Positions 8,621-21,086 of a DNA stretch of 64,000 nucleotides are shown here, piece by piece. A program made the translations under genes and the position numbers. The first letter of the stretch is position 1; each line of letters starts with the position of its first letter. The DNA lies in the NCBI GenBank assembly GCA_963823035.1, contig CAWGKG010000004.1:352001-416000 (forward strand), written 5' to 3'. The DNA comes from an uncultured Gemmatimonadales bacterium. Lineage in GTDB: Bacteria > Gemmatimonadota > Gemmatimonadetes > Longimicrobiales > Gaopeijiaceae. The notes beneath the pieces are model-generated. The model was not told the origin of the DNA, ran no database searches, and saw only the letters and a program-made list of their open reading frames with translations.

Positions 8621-11600
8621 ATGCTGAAGCGCGTCATCGAAGCCTCCGTGCGGAACAAGTTCCTCGTCCTGGTCTGCGGGCTCTTCATCGCCGTGGGTGG
8701 CATCCTGGCGATGCGCAGCCTGCCGCTCGAGGCCATCCCGGACCTCTCCGACGTGCAGGTGATCGTCCGCACCGACTACGCGGGGCAGGCGCCGCAGATC
8801 GTCGAGGACCAGGTCACCTATCCCATCTCCTCGGAGATGCTCAAGGTGCCCGGCGCCGTGACGGTGCGCGGCTACTCCTTCTTCGGGGCCTCGTTCGTCT
8901 ACGTGATCTTCGACGACGGCACGGACCTGTACTGGGCCCGGAGCCGCGTGCTGGAGTACCTGTCGTCCATCCGCGGGCGACTTCCCGACGCGGCGCAGCC
9001 GGCGCTCGGCCCCGACGCGACGGGGCTCGGGTGGGTCTACCAGTACGCCCTGGTCGACACCACCGGGACGATGTCGCTGGCCGACATCCGCAGCTACCAG
9101 GACTGGACGCTGCGCTACCAGCTCACTTCCGTGCCCGGCGTCAGCGAAGTGGCGACGGTCGGGGGGTACGAACAGGTCTACGAGGTGACGGTCGACCCGA
9201 TCAAGCTGCGTGGCTACGGGATTCCCGTGACCAAGGTGATGGAGGCCATCCGATCGTCCAACGAGGACGTGGGCGCGATGGTCCTGGAGCTCGCGGACCG
9301 GGAGTACATGATCCGCGGGCTGGGCTACCTGCAGAACCTCCAGGACATCGAGGACGTGGTCGTGAGCGCGACCGATCACGGCACGCCGGTGCGGGTGGCG
9401 GACGTGGCCGACGTGCACATGGCGCCCGACGTGCGCCGCGGCGTCGCGGACCTGGACGGGCGGGGCGACGTGGTGGGCGGCATCGTCGTCATGCGGTACG
9501 GCGAGAACGCGCTGGCCACCATCGAGCGCGTGAAGGAGAAGCTGGCCTCCATCCAGAACGGCTTCCCGGCCGGGCTCGTGGTGAAGCCCGTCTACGACCG
9601 CTCGGACCTGATCCACCGCGCGATCGGCACGCTGAAGGGCAAGCTGCTCGAGGAGTCCCTCGTGGTGGCGCTGGTCACCGTGCTCTTCCTCGTGCACGTG
9701 CGCAGCGCGCTGGTGGTGATCCTCACGCTGCCGCTCGGGATCCTCATGGCCTTCATCGCCATGCGCACCCTCGGCCTGGGCGCGGACATCATGAGCCTGG
9801 GCGGCATCGCGATCGCGATCGGCGCGATGATCGACGGCGCGATCGTCATGATCGAGAACATGCACAAGCACCTGGAGCGCGCGATCGACGAAAAGCGGGA
9901 GCGCGCCCGGGCGATGGGCGTGCCCATCCCCGGTGACGACGGGGAGGAGCTGCACACCCGTGTGCTCACGACGGGCGAACGGTGGGACGTGGTGGTGCGC
10001 GCCTCCAAGGAGGTGGGCCCCGCGCTCTTCTTCTCGCTGCTCATCATCACGGTGTCGTTCCTCCCGGTGTTCAGCCTGGAGGCGCAGGAGGGGCGGCTCT
10101 TCAGGCCGCTGGCGTGGACGAAGACGCTGGCCATGGGGAGCGCGAGCCTGCTGTCCGTGACGATGGTGCCGGTGGCCATGGGGCTGTTCATCCGCGGGCG
10201 CATCCATCGGGAGCACGCCAACCCCGTCAACCGCTTCCTGGTGTGGGTGTACCGGCCGGTGCTGGAGTGGGTGCTGCGCTACCGGTGGCCGGTGGTGGCC
10301 GCCGCCCTGGCCACCGTGGTGCTCACCGTGCTTCCCATGCAACGGATCGGCTCGGAGTTCATGCCGCCGCTTGAACGAAGGCACGATGCTCTACATGCCC
10401 ACCACCCTGCCCGGGATCAGCGTGGCCAAGGCGCGGGAGACGCTGCGCGTGCAGGACTCGATCATCAAGTCCTTCCCCGAGGTCGAGAGCGTCTTCGGCA
10501 AGGCGGGCCGGGCCACCACCGCGACGGACCCCGCGCCGCTGTCGATGTTCGAGACCACCATCGTCCTGAAGCCCGAGGAGGAGTGGAGGCCGGGCACGAC
10601 GTACGACGAACTCGTGCGGGAGATGGACGGTGCGCTCCGCTTCGCCGGCATCACCAACTCGTGGACGATGCCCATCAAGGGCCGCATCGACATGCTGGCC
10701 ACGGGCATCCGCACGCCGGTCGGCGTGAAGATCTTCGGCCCCGACCTGAACGAGCTCGAGCGCCTGGCCAAGGAGGTGGAAGGCGCGGTGAAGATGGTGC
10801 CCGGCACGCGCTCCGCCTTCGGCGAGCGCGTGGTCTCCGGATCCTACCTGGACATCGACATCGACCGGGACGCGGCGGCACGCTACGGCATGAACGTCAA
10901 GCAGATCCAGATGGTGATCGCCTCCGCCATCGGCGGCATGGGCATCACGCGCACGGTGGAGGGACGGGAGCGCTACACGGTGCGCGTACGCTACCCCCAG
11001 GAGCTGCGCGACCAGCCGGAGAAGCTGGCGGAGATCCTGATTCCGGTGGGGATGCGTCAGGCGGCCATGGCGGACATGGCGGCCCCGGCCACGATGTCCG
11101 GGATGGACGGGACGAGCTCCGGCTGCCGGCGGCGGGATGGGCGCAGGCCGTCGACCGGCGCCCGGGGCATCGCGCAGATCCCACTCGGGCAGGTGGCGCG
11201 CATCCGCACGGTGGGCGGGCCGATGGCCGTGAAGACCGAGCAGGCCTTTCCCACCGCGTGGGTGTTCGTGGACGTCGAGGGGAACGACCTGGGCGGGTAC
11301 GTGGTCGCCGCCAAGAAGATGGTGGACCAGATGGTGAAATTGCCCACCGGGTACTCCATGACCTGGTCCGGGCAGTACGAGTACATGCAGCGCGCGAAGG
11401 AGAAGCTGGCCGTCGTCGTGCCCGCCACGCTCGTCATCATCTTCCTGCTGCTCTACCTGAACTTCGGACGGCTCGGCGAGACGCTCATCGTCATGCTGTC
11501 GCTCCCCTTCGGCCTGGTGGGGGGCGTGCTCATCATGGCGCTGCTCGGCTTCAACTGGTCGGTGGCCACCGGCGTGGGCTTCATCGCGCTGGCGGGCGTG

Positions 11601-11978
11601 TCCGCGGAGATCGGCGTGATCATGCTGCTGTACCTGAACAACGCGTGGGAGGAGCGGCGAAGGCACCGTCCCGACGCGGAGGGGCTTCGTGACGCCGTGA
11701 TCCACGGAGCGGCGCTCCGGGTCCGTCCGATCGTGATGACGGTGACCGCGGTGGTCGGCGGCCTGCTCCCGATCTTCTGGGGGCACGGCACCGGCGCCAC
11801 CGTGATGCGCCGCATCGCCGCGCCGATGGTGGGCGGGATGATCTCGGCGACGCTGCTGACGCTCCTGGTCATCCCCGCGATCTACTCGCTCTGGCAGGAG
11901 GCCGCGCTGCGCTTCAAGGCGCGTGCGGCCTCGAAGGAGCTCGCCGGCACTCCGCCGCTGCCCGCCGGCGCCGACTGA
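8621..11978 (+). CDS. cusA: CusA/CzcA-family heavy-metal RND transporter, Cu/Ag type (frameshift near 10372)
   Basis: AIPDLSDVQVI, GPDATGLGWVYQY, IMSLGGIAIAIGAM, EFMPPL/NEG, TDPAPLSM, RIDMLATGIRTPVG, MRRIAAPMVGG across ORFs 8534..11692 and 10371..11978. Confidence 0.95.
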
Positions 11979-12013
11979 GGCAGGAACCTCGATCATTCGG
12001 GAGAACCCGTCTC

Positions 12014-12571
12014 ATGAAGACCCCATCGAAGTGCACGGCCGTGACCCTTTTGGTATGGGCATCCGCGGCCCTCGCAGGCTGTTCGAACAGCGCGACGACC
12101 GAGCCGGACCTGTCGGTGCCCGCTGCCCTCCTCAGCGTGCAGCCCACAGGCGGCTCCGTCGACGTGGCGGTGGATGCGGAGGTGGTCGTCACCTTCGATC
12201 ACCCCATCGCCGAAGGCATGGAGGCGTACGCCGCCCTCTACGAGGGCTCGATCACGGGCCCCGAGGTGCCGGGCACATGGGCGCTCTCCGCGGATCACAC
12301 GGCGCTGACGTTCACGCCCGACGCGCCTCTGAAGCCGGCCACGACGTACGTCATCCACATCGGGGGCGGAATGATGGACGCCGACGGCGACATCCTGGAC
12401 CTGGGCTCGCACGGTAGGGGCATGGGTGGCGAATGGGCGACCGGGTCCATGATGACCGGCGGCATGGGCATGCACGGCCAGGGGGGCCACTCCGACCATA
12501 TGGGCATGGGCTGGGAAAACCCCACCGACGGCACGTACGGCATGGTGTTCACCTTCACGACGGCGCCATGA
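12014..12571 (+). CDS. Lipoprotein with a bacterial Ig-like domain and Met/His-rich insert
   Basis: Lipobox LAGC; LTFTPDAPLKPATTY and FTFTT Ig-like motifs; GSMMTGGMGMHGQGGHSDHMGMGW. Confidence 0.8.
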   Translation: MKTPSKCTAVTLLVWASAALAGCSNSATTEPDLSVPAALLSVQPTGGSVDVAVDAEVVVTFDHPIAEGMEAYAALYEGSITGPEVPGTWALSADHTALTFTPDAPLKPATTYVIHIGGGMMDADGDILDLGSHGRGMGGEWATGSMMTGGMGMHGQGGHSDHMGMGWENPTDGTYGMVFTFTTAP

Positions 12572-12665
12572 GCGAGCTCCGCTCCGGGGCCGAGATGAAG
12601 GCATCGTCACGGTGGCCGTCACGGCCGTGGCCGGTGCGAGACGATATCCAGGAAGGAGTCGAACC

Positions 12666-13382
12666 ATGAATGCGAAGCGATGGACGACCACGCTGACGCT
12701 GCTCGGACTCTGCGCCGTTCCGGCTGCGGGCCAGCAGCCGGCGGGGATGTCCCCACACGGTGCGCAGATGCATCCGGGCATGATGCAGCCCTGCCAGGCC
12801 ATGAGCGCCGGGGTGATGGGCCAGGGTGGGATGGGCGCCATGCACGGCCGGGCCGGGATGATGGGCACGGCCACGATGCGCATGGCCCCCGGCATGATGG
12901 GCTCCGCCGGGATGGTGGGCTCCGCCGGGATGATGGGCCCGATGGGCCCGATGGGCCCGATGGGCTTGATGCAGGGCGGGCGCCCCGATGCCAACGCCCT
13001 GCTCGGAGCGGCGGGGAGCTTGGGCCTCACCTCCGCCCAGCAGGATCGCCTCACCGCGATCGCAGAGACCGAGCACCAGGACCGCCAGGAGCGGATCGGG
13101 CGCGGCCATGGCCGCCTACCAGCGGGCGAGCGAGATCCTGCAGGCGGACGCTCCAGACGCGACAGGCCTACGAGCGAGCCCTCCAGGAGGCGTCCGACAA
13201 CATGGTGCAGGTGCAGGTCGCGTCCGTACGCGCGGGGCAGGAGGCGGCCGGGGTCCTCACGCCCGCAGCAGCGTACCAGGCTGCAGGACAGCATGGCGCT
13301 GGTCGGTTCGATGCTGTGTGGTGAGCTCGGCGGGGCGGCGGGCGCCGCACCCGGTCCCGGTGGCCCCACGTCGTCGAGGTGA
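12666..13382 (+). CDS. Exported Met-rich protein with a Spy/CpxP/ZraP-like LTxxQ domain (three frameshifts within 13095-13270)
   Basis: RBS AGGAG; signal peptide; Met/Gly-rich tract; LGLTSAQ and VLTPQQ motifs once the three frames are joined. Confidence 0.75.
   Translation: MNAKRWTTTLTLLGLCAVPAAGQQPAGMSPHGAQMHPGMMQPCQAMSAGVMGQGGMGAMHGRAGMMGTATMRMAPGMMGSAGMVGSAGMMGPMGPMGPMGLMQGGRPDANALLGAAGSLGLTSAQQDRLTAIAETEHQDRQERIGRGHGRLPAGERDPAGGRSRRDRPTSEPSRRRPTTWCRCRSRPYARGRRRPGSSRPQQRTRLQDSMALVGSMLCGELGGAAGAAPGPGGPTSSR
12898..12966 (+). repeat. Intragenic tandem repeats (18-bp unit x2, GATGGGCCC x3) encoding MxGSAG and GPM repeats
   Basis: TGGGCTCCGCCGGGATG at 12898 and 12916; GATGGGCCC at 12932, 12941 and 12950. 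Confidence 0.85.
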
Positions 13383-13399
13383 GGTAGGGGAATCCCCGA

Positions 13400-13448
13400 T
13401 TGCGGGAACGGGGCGAAGCGCTATCTTGGAGTTGAGACTGATTCTCAA
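13400..13448 (+). promoter_or_regulatory. feoAB promoter with a Fur-like box
   Basis: TTGCGG (13400) and TATCTT (13422) sigma70-like elements; inverted repeat TTGAGA-CTGAT-TCTCAA 13432-13448 resembling the Fur 7-1-7 motif TGATAATnATTATCA. Confidence 0.7.
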
Positions 13449-13485
13449 AGTAGTCACGACGATTTCGCCATCCGCAGGACTGCAC

Positions 13486-13827
13486 ATGGCTTTCACGCGG
13501 CGTCTACCGATGGTCGAGACAGCGACCGCGCCGTCGTTCGGGGAAGGGCAGGAGCTGAGCCTGGCGGACATTCCGCTGCGGCAGGCGTGTGAGCTGATCC
13601 GGATCGACCTTCCGCACGACGAGCTCGAGCCGCTGTTCGAGCGTGGGGTGCTACCCGGCTGTGAGCTGTGCCCGGTGCGGCGATCGCCGTCCGGTGACCC
13701 GATCGTGACGGTGGACGGCACGCTGCTCGCCCTCCGCCGCGAGATGGCAGGGTGTCTTTGCGTCCGTCTCCGCGTCGATCCGGGTGACGCTCCGACCGAG
13801 GGCGGACAGAGGCTGGCGTCCGACTGA
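13486..13827 (+). CDS. feoA: Ferrous iron transport protein A
   Basis: LFERGVLPG...RRSPSGDPIVTVDGTLLALRR FeoA motif; directly upstream of feoB; start could be 13486 or 13510. Confidence 0.88.
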   Translation: MAFTRRLPMVETATAPSFGEGQELSLADIPLRQACELIRIDLPHDELEPLFERGVLPGCELCPVRRSPSGDPIVTVDGTLLALRREMAGCLCVRLRVDPGDAPTEGGQRLASD

Positions 13828-13848
13828 TCCGCCCGTTGTAGCCCTACC

Positions 13849-15793
<1,945 letters not shown>

Positions 15794-15978
15794 CGGACCT
15801 TCCGCGGCCCCGTCTGTAGGGAAGCTCCCCGCAAAAAGATTCCGGTTCTGCCCGACAGTCGCCGGACCCCGCACGTGACAAACTTCACCCCGTGCTGATT
15901 GAAGGGGGGCCAGGTGGAGCCACGTCCGTCCGTCGAAGCCCACCGCGGTACGGCCGGCGACGGCGAGCCGGCGTCCCG

Positions 15979-16641
15979 CTATCGGACGTGTGCAGGCGTG
16001 GAGTCCGGGTGGGGCATGGCGTCCCCGTGCCTCATCCCGGGCTTCATGTCGTGGCGCTGGAAGACCACCCAAAGACCCGCGACGAGCACGAAGCCGGCCA
16101 GGACCCGGCGGCTCCAGGGGCGCTCACCGGCGAGTCGGCGGACGCCCAGGCCGAAGGCGGCCAGGGCGGGCACGGTGCCGAGGCCGAAGGCGGCCATGGA
16201 GGCGGCACCCACCATGGGGTCGCCCGAGGCGACGGCGATGCCGAGGGTGGCGTAGACCAGGCCGCAGGGAAGCAACCCCGTGGCCATCCCGAAGAGGAAG
16301 CGGGATCCGAGGTCCCCGCGCTGCGCGGCGCGGGTCGCCAAGCGCGTGAGTCCGGGGATGCGCAGGGCCGGCTCGGGCACGACGCCCGCGAGGCCCGCGG
16401 CGAACCAGACGACGAGGGCGGCGGACACGATCGTCGCCACCCAGGTGGGACCCGGGACGGAATGACCGACCAGACCGGCGAGGGCCCCGAGGAGGGCGTA
16501 GGTGAGGATCTTGCCGGCGTGCCAGGCGGTGGTGTGCGAGACCCGTCCCCCGCAGGCGAGAGCGAACGAACCGCACATCCCGATGCAATGAGGGCTACCG
16601 ACCAGACCCGCGAGCGCGGCGGCCGAGATGGCTGGAATCAT
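15979..16641 (-). CDS. DsbD_2 / TauE-SafE-like membrane protein (cbb3 oxidase-associated)
   Basis: GSPHCIGMCG and GLLPCGLVY motifs, FGLGTVP, His-rich tail. Confidence 0.9.
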   Translation of the reverse strand: MIPAISAAALAGLVGSPHCIGMCGSFALACGGRVSHTTAWHAGKILTYALLGALAGLVGHSVPGPTWVATIVSAALVVWFAAGLAGVVPEPALRIPGLTRLATRAAQRGDLGSRFLFGMATGLLPCGLVYATLGIAVASGDPMVGAASMAAFGLGTVPALAAFGLGVRRLAGERPWSRRVLAGFVLVAGLWVVFQRHDMKPGMRHGDAMPHPDSTPAHVR

Positions 16642-16718
16642 GACGCGTGGGTGAGGCTGGCGAGAAGGATAGCGGGACCCTGAGGAAGAAGCCGAAGTCC
16701 ACCTCACGAGAGAACCTT

Positions 16719-18188
16719 ATGGAACAGACCTCTCCCGGTACAGCCGCGACCACCCGCGCGGACGTCGGCCAGGACCCTGGATACGACATGGCCATCGTGA
16801 AGATGTTCTTCACGGCGACCGTCGTGTGGGCCCTCGTCGGGATGCTGGTGGGTGTGATCATCGCGCTCGAGCTCGCCTGGTGGCCGGCCAACATGGGCCT
16901 GCCCTGGACGACGTTCGGGCGGCTGCGTCCGCTGCACACGAACGCGGTGATCTTCGCGTTCGCCGGCAACGTGTGCTTCACCGGCATCTACCACTCGATG
17001 CAGCGGCTGCTCAAGACGCGGATGTTCAACGACACGTTGAGCCGCATCCACTTCTGGGGGTGGCAGCTCATCATCGTGGCGGCCGCGATCACGCTCCCGC
17101 TGGGCATGACCCAGTCGAAGGAGTACGCCGAGCTGATCTGGCCCATCGACGTGGCCATCACGTTCGTGTGGGTGGTGTTCGCCGTGAACTTCTTCGGCAC
17201 CATCGCGAAGCGGAACGTCAAGCACCTGTACGTGTCGATCTGGTTCTACATGTCGTTCGTGCTGACGATCGCCGTGCTGCACATCGTGAACAGCCTGGCG
17301 ATCCCCGCGACGCTCTTCCGCTCGTACCCCATCTACTCCGGGCTCACGGACGCCCTGGTGCAGTGGTGGTATGGACACAACGCGGTCGGCTTCTTCCTGA
17401 CCACGCCCTTCCTCGGGCTGATGTACTACTACCTGCCGCGCGCGGCCGAGCGGCCCGTCTACAGCTACCGGCTGTCGATCGTCCACTTCTGGGGCCTGGT
17501 GTTCCTCTACATCTGGGCCGGCCCGCACCACCTGCTCTACTCGGCGCTGCCGGACTGGGCGCAAACGGTGGGGATGGTCTTCAGCATCATGCTGCTCGCG
17601 CCCTCCTGGGGCGGGATGCTCAACGGCCTGCTCACGCTCAAGGGTGCGTGGGACAAGGTCAGGACGGACCCGATCCTGAAGTTCATGGTCGTGGCCGTGT
17701 CGTTCTACGGGATGAGCACGTTCGAGGGACCGATGATGTCGATCCGGTCGGTGAACGGGCTCGCCCACTACACCAACTGGGTCATCGGCCACGTCCACTC
17801 CGGCGCGCTCGGATGGGTGGGGATGATCTCCTTCGGGATGCTCTACTGGCTGGTGCAGAACATCTGGAAGCGGCCGCTCGCCCATCCCAAGTGGGCCACG
17901 CACCACTTCTGGCTCGCGACGATCGGCATCGTGCTCTACACCGTCTCCATGTGGGCCGCGGGCCTCATGGAGGGGCTGCAGTGGCGGGCGCTCAACGACG
18001 CCGGCCAGCTGGCCAACCCGGTCTTCGTCGACATCACGCAGCGCCTCAATCCGTTCATGTGGCTGCGCCTGATCGGGGGCTCGATGTACCTGATCGGCGC
18101 GATCATGATGGCGATCAACTTCTGGCAGACCATCCGCGGTCCCGCCCGGCCCATGGCGGCCGAGCCCGTGGCCGTCGGGGCGGACTGA
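16719..18188 (+). CDS. ccoN: cbb3-type cytochrome c oxidase subunit I
   Basis: [48 protein letters not shown]. Confidence 0.98.
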   Translation: MEQTSPGTAATTRADVGQDPGYDMAIVKMFFTATVVWALVGMLVGVIIALELAWWPANMGLPWTTFGRLRPLHTNAVIFAFAGNVCFTGIYHSMQRLLKTRMFNDTLSRIHFWGWQLIIVAAAITLPLGMTQSKEYAELIWPIDVAITFVWVVFAVNFFGTIAKRNVKHLYVSIWFYMSFVLTIAVLHIVNSLAIPATLFRSYPIYSGLTDALVQWWYGHNAVGFFLTTPFLGLMYYYLPRAAERPVYSYRLSIVHFWGLVFLYIWAGPHHLLYSALPDWAQTVGMVFSIMLLAPSWGGMLNGLLTLKGAWDKVRTDPILKFMVVAVSFYGMSTFEGPMMSIRSVNGLAHYTNWVIGHVHSGALGWVGMISFGMLYWLVQNIWKRPLAHPKWATHHFWLATIGIVLYTVSMWAAGLMEGLQWRALNDAGQLANPVFVDITQRLNPFMWLRLIGGSMYLIGAIMMAINFWQTIRGPARPMAAEPVAVGAD

Positions 18189-18198
18189 GGAGACGGCC

Positions 18199-18927
18199 AT
18201 GTCTGAGCACAACGAACCGGAGAAGGCCTACGGCCGCCTCCACAGGATCCTCGAGGGGAAGGCCGCGCTCTTCGCCATCCTGACCACCGTGGCGGTGTCC
18301 ATCGGCGGGCTGGTGGAGATCGTGCCGATGTACACGGCGCAGTCGCTCACCTGGGAGCGCGCGGACTGGGTGACCCCCTACTCGGCGCTCGAGGTCGCGG
18401 GGCGCGACATCTACGTCCGCGAGGGCTGCTACCTCTGCCACTCGCAGATGGTGCGCCCCATGCGCGCCGAGATCCTGCGCTACGGCGAGTGGACCCGCTC
18501 GGCCGAGTACCAGTACGACCGCCCGTTCCTGCTCGGCTCGCGGCGCATGGGCCCCGACCTCCAGCGTGAGGGCGGGAAGTACCCCGACGCCTGGCACTAC
18601 GAGCACATGCGCGACCCCCGCGCCACGTCGCCCGGCTCGATCATGCCGATCTATCCGTGGCTGCACCGGAACAAGGTCGATCCGGCGGACATCACGGCCT
18701 CGATGACCGCGCTGCGCAGGGTCGGCACGCCCTACGTGGGCGTGACGGTGGACAACGTCGCGGCCGCGATGGAGCAGCAGGGCCAGGCGATCGTGCAGAA
18801 CCTCGCCGCGGCCGGCATCACCGCGGAGTGGAACGACGAGATCATCGCGCTCACCGCCTACCTGCAGCGCCTGGGCGTGGAGGGCAAGAAGCACCTCGCC
18901 GCCCAGCAGCAGGGAGGGAACGAATGA
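18199..18927 (+). CDS. ccoO: cbb3-type cytochrome c oxidase subunit II
   Basis: GRDIYVREGCYLCHSQMVRP, GSRRMGPDL, PGSIMP. Confidence 0.97.
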   Translation: MSEHNEPEKAYGRLHRILEGKAALFAILTTVAVSIGGLVEIVPMYTAQSLTWERADWVTPYSALEVAGRDIYVREGCYLCHSQMVRPMRAEILRYGEWTRSAEYQYDRPFLLGSRRMGPDLQREGGKYPDAWHYEHMRDPRATSPGSIMPIYPWLHRNKVDPADITASMTALRRVGTPYVGVTVDNVAAAMEQQGQAIVQNLAAAGITAEWNDEIIALTAYLQRLGVEGKKHLAAQQQGGNE

Positions 18928-19103
18928 ACCCGCTGCTGAAGGACGCGGCCGAGTCGGTCGCCATGGGATGGCTGCTGGGACTGATGACGGTGGTGTTCCT
19001 GGCCGTCTTCGTCGGCTGGGCCTGGTACGCGTACCGACCCCGGCACCGGGGCCTCATGGAGGAGCTCGGAAAGATGCCCTTCTCGGACGGAGGTGACGCG
19101 TGA
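18924..19103 (+). CDS. ccoQ: cbb3-type oxidase subunit CcoQ
   Basis: One TM (FLAVFVGWAWYAY) and a MPF..D tail; lies between ccoO and ccoP with overlapping start/stop codons. Confidence 0.85.
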   Translation: MNPLLKDAAESVAMGWLLGLMTVVFLAVFVGWAWYAYRPRHRGLMEELGKMPFSDGGDA

Positions 19104-19705
19104 GCAAGGAGACCAACCGCCGTCTCGGACACGCCGACGAGGCCGACGGAATCGAGGAATACGACAATCCCCTCCCGGACTGGTGGGTCGGGCTCTTCTG
19201 GTTCACGATCGTGTGGGCGGTCGGCTACGGGGTCTGGTACCACGCGATCGCGCACCGGTCGCCGGTGAAGCACCTGCAGGAGGAGATGGCAGCGGCGGAC
19301 GCGCGTTGGCCCGCGCAGGCGGCGGCCTCGGCGGCCTCGGCGGCGGACCTCACGGTGACGCCGGCCGCGGTGGCGGCGGGCGAGCAGGTGTTCAAGGCGA
19401 ACTGTGTGGTCTGCCACGGCGACCACCTGCAGGGCGTGATCGGCCCGTCGTTCCTGGACGACGAGTGGCTGCACGGTGGGCAGGCCTCGGAGATCATCCA
19501 CACCATCACCGTGGGCGTGCCCGCGAAGGGGATGGTGCCGTGGGGCGGGATCCTGAGCCCCGAGCAGATCAACGAGGTGGCGGCGTACGTGATCACCAAG
19601 CACAGCGAGGCGACCGGCCGGCCCATCGACCAGATCCTGAAGGCCCCCGGCGACGCCGCGGCGGGCGGTGGCGCGGACACCATCGGCGCCCGACCGAACG
19701 GGTAG
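19100..19705 (+). CDS. ccoP: cbb3-type oxidase subunit III (single heme motif)
   Basis: HADEADGIEEYDNPLPDWW N-terminus; one CVVCH; KGMVPW. Confidence 0.93.
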   Translation: MSKETNRRLGHADEADGIEEYDNPLPDWWVGLFWFTIVWAVGYGVWYHAIAHRSPVKHLQEEMAAADARWPAQAAASAASAADLTVTPAAVAAGEQVFKANCVVCHGDHLQGVIGPSFLDDEWLHGGQASEIIHTITVGVPAKGMVPWGGILSPEQINEVAAYVITKHSEATGRPIDQILKAPGDAAAGGGADTIGARPNG

Positions 19706-19730
19706 GCTCCGAGGAGCCGAGGAGACCATC

Positions 19731-21086
19731 GTGGCCGTCGCCAGGCTGCCGGGGATGACCGGCACGCGGGAGTGGGTCTACCCGCAGTCGATTCAGGGAA
19801 CGTTCACGCGCATGAGGCGCTGGACGTTCCTCGGGCTGCACCTGGCGCTGTTCGTGGCGCCCTGGATCACGGTGAAGGGGCACCCTCTCGTGCTCCTCGA
19901 CCTACCGCACCGGCGGGTCCACCTGATGGGCGCGGTGTTCACGCCGGCGGACACGATCTTCCTGGTGCTGCTCCTGCTGTTCCTGGCGTTCAGCCTCTTC
20001 TTCTTCACGGCCATCTTCGGGCGGATATGGTGCGGCTACGCCTGTCCGCAGACCGTGTTCCTCGAGAGTTGGATCCGCCCGCTCGAGCAGTGGATCGAGG
20101 GCGACCGCACGCGGCGCAAGCGGCGTGACGCCGCGGGCATGTCGTGGGACAAGGCATGGCGGAAGGGGGTCAAGTGGGGCGTGTTCCTGGGGGTCTCCGT
20201 CCTGCTCGGCATGGCGATGACCAGCCTGTTCGCCGGGGCACGTCCGCTGTGGACCGGCCAGGCGAGCGGGGCGGCCTACGCCTTCGTGGCGATCTTCGCG
20301 GCGTTCTGGTTCGTGGACTTCACCTGGTTCCGCGAGCAGTTCTGCATCTACGTGTGCCCCTACGCGCGCTTCCAGAGCGCGCTCACGGACGACGAGACGC
20401 TGCTCATCTCCTACGACACGGAGCGCGGGGAGCCGCGAGGTCACAAGCGCGGCCCCGAGGGCGGGTGCATCGCCTGCCAGAAGTGCGTCGTGGTGTGTCC
20501 CCAGGGGATCGACATCCGCAACGGCTTCCAGCTCGAGTGCATCCAGTGCGCGCGCTGCGTCGACGCGTGCGAGAGCGTGATGAGCCGCTTCGACCAGCCG
20601 ACGCTCGTGCGCTACAGCTCGATCGCGGTGGACGACGGCCAGGCTCCGCGGCCGTTCCGCCCGCGCACGCTCGTGTACGGCGGGCTGCTCACGACGCTCA
20701 CGGCGGCGGCCCTGGTGCTGCTGCTCGGGCGGGTGCCGTTCGAGGCCAACATCAACCGGGCGCCCGGCTCGCTCTTCACGGTGGACGCCGACGGCTTCGT
20801 CCGGAACACCTATCTCCTGAAGATCACCAACAAGGAGGCCGCACCCGGGGCGGTGGTCTATCATGTGCAGGTGGAAGGGCTCGAGGGGGCCGTGCTGACG
20901 ACCTCGGAGCTGAACATCGCCCCCGAGGCGAGCGCAACGGTCCCGCTCATCGTACGGATGCCCCTCGCGTCGGCGGACCGGAGGACGATGCCCTTCACCG
21001 TGCGGATCCAATCGCCCTCGGCGGAGCTGCTCCTTCCGACCACCTTCAAGACGGGAGTCAGCGTCGGTGGAGAAGATGACGACTGA
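19731..21086 (+). CDS. ccoG: cbb3 oxidase accessory 4Fe-4S membrane protein
   Basis: GRIWCGYACPQTVF, REQFCIYVCPY, CIACQKCVVVCPQGIDIR, CIQCARCVDAC. Confidence 0.95.
   Translation: MAVARLPGMTGTREWVYPQSIQGTFTRMRRWTFLGLHLALFVAPWITVKGHPLVLLDLPHRRVHLMGAVFTPADTIFLVLLLLFLAFSLFFFTAIFGRIWCGYACPQTVFLESWIRPLEQWIEGDRTRRKRRDAAGMSWDKAWRKGVKWGVFLGVSVLLGMAMTSLFAGARPLWTGQASGAAYAFVAIFAAFWFVDFTWFREQFCIYVCPYARFQSALTDDETLLISYDTERGEPRGHKRGPEGGCIACQKCVVVCPQGIDIRNGFQLECIQCARCVDACESVMSRFDQPTLVRYSSIAVDDGQAPRPFRPRTLVYGGLLTTLTAAALVLLLGRVPFEANINRAPGSLFTVDADGFVRNTYLLKITNKEAAPGAVVYHVQVEGLEGAVLTTSELNIAPEASATVPLIVRMPLASADRRTMPFTVRIQSPSAELLLPTTFKTGVSVGGEDDD

Noticed and set aside
10365..10380. Programmed frameshifting in cusA (and feoB near 14954)
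   Set aside because: No slippery heptamer; these families are not known to be recoded; indels are widespread nearby
12898..12966. Short tandem repeats as a CRISPR array or phase-variation tract
   Set aside because: In-frame 9- and 18-bp coding repeats without spacers or cas genes
15874..15889. CRP/FNR-like palindrome CGTGA-CAAACT-TCACC
   Set aside because: It lies between convergent gene ends about 830 bp from ccoN with no suitably placed -10 element; may be chance. No canonical FNR box was seen at ccoN
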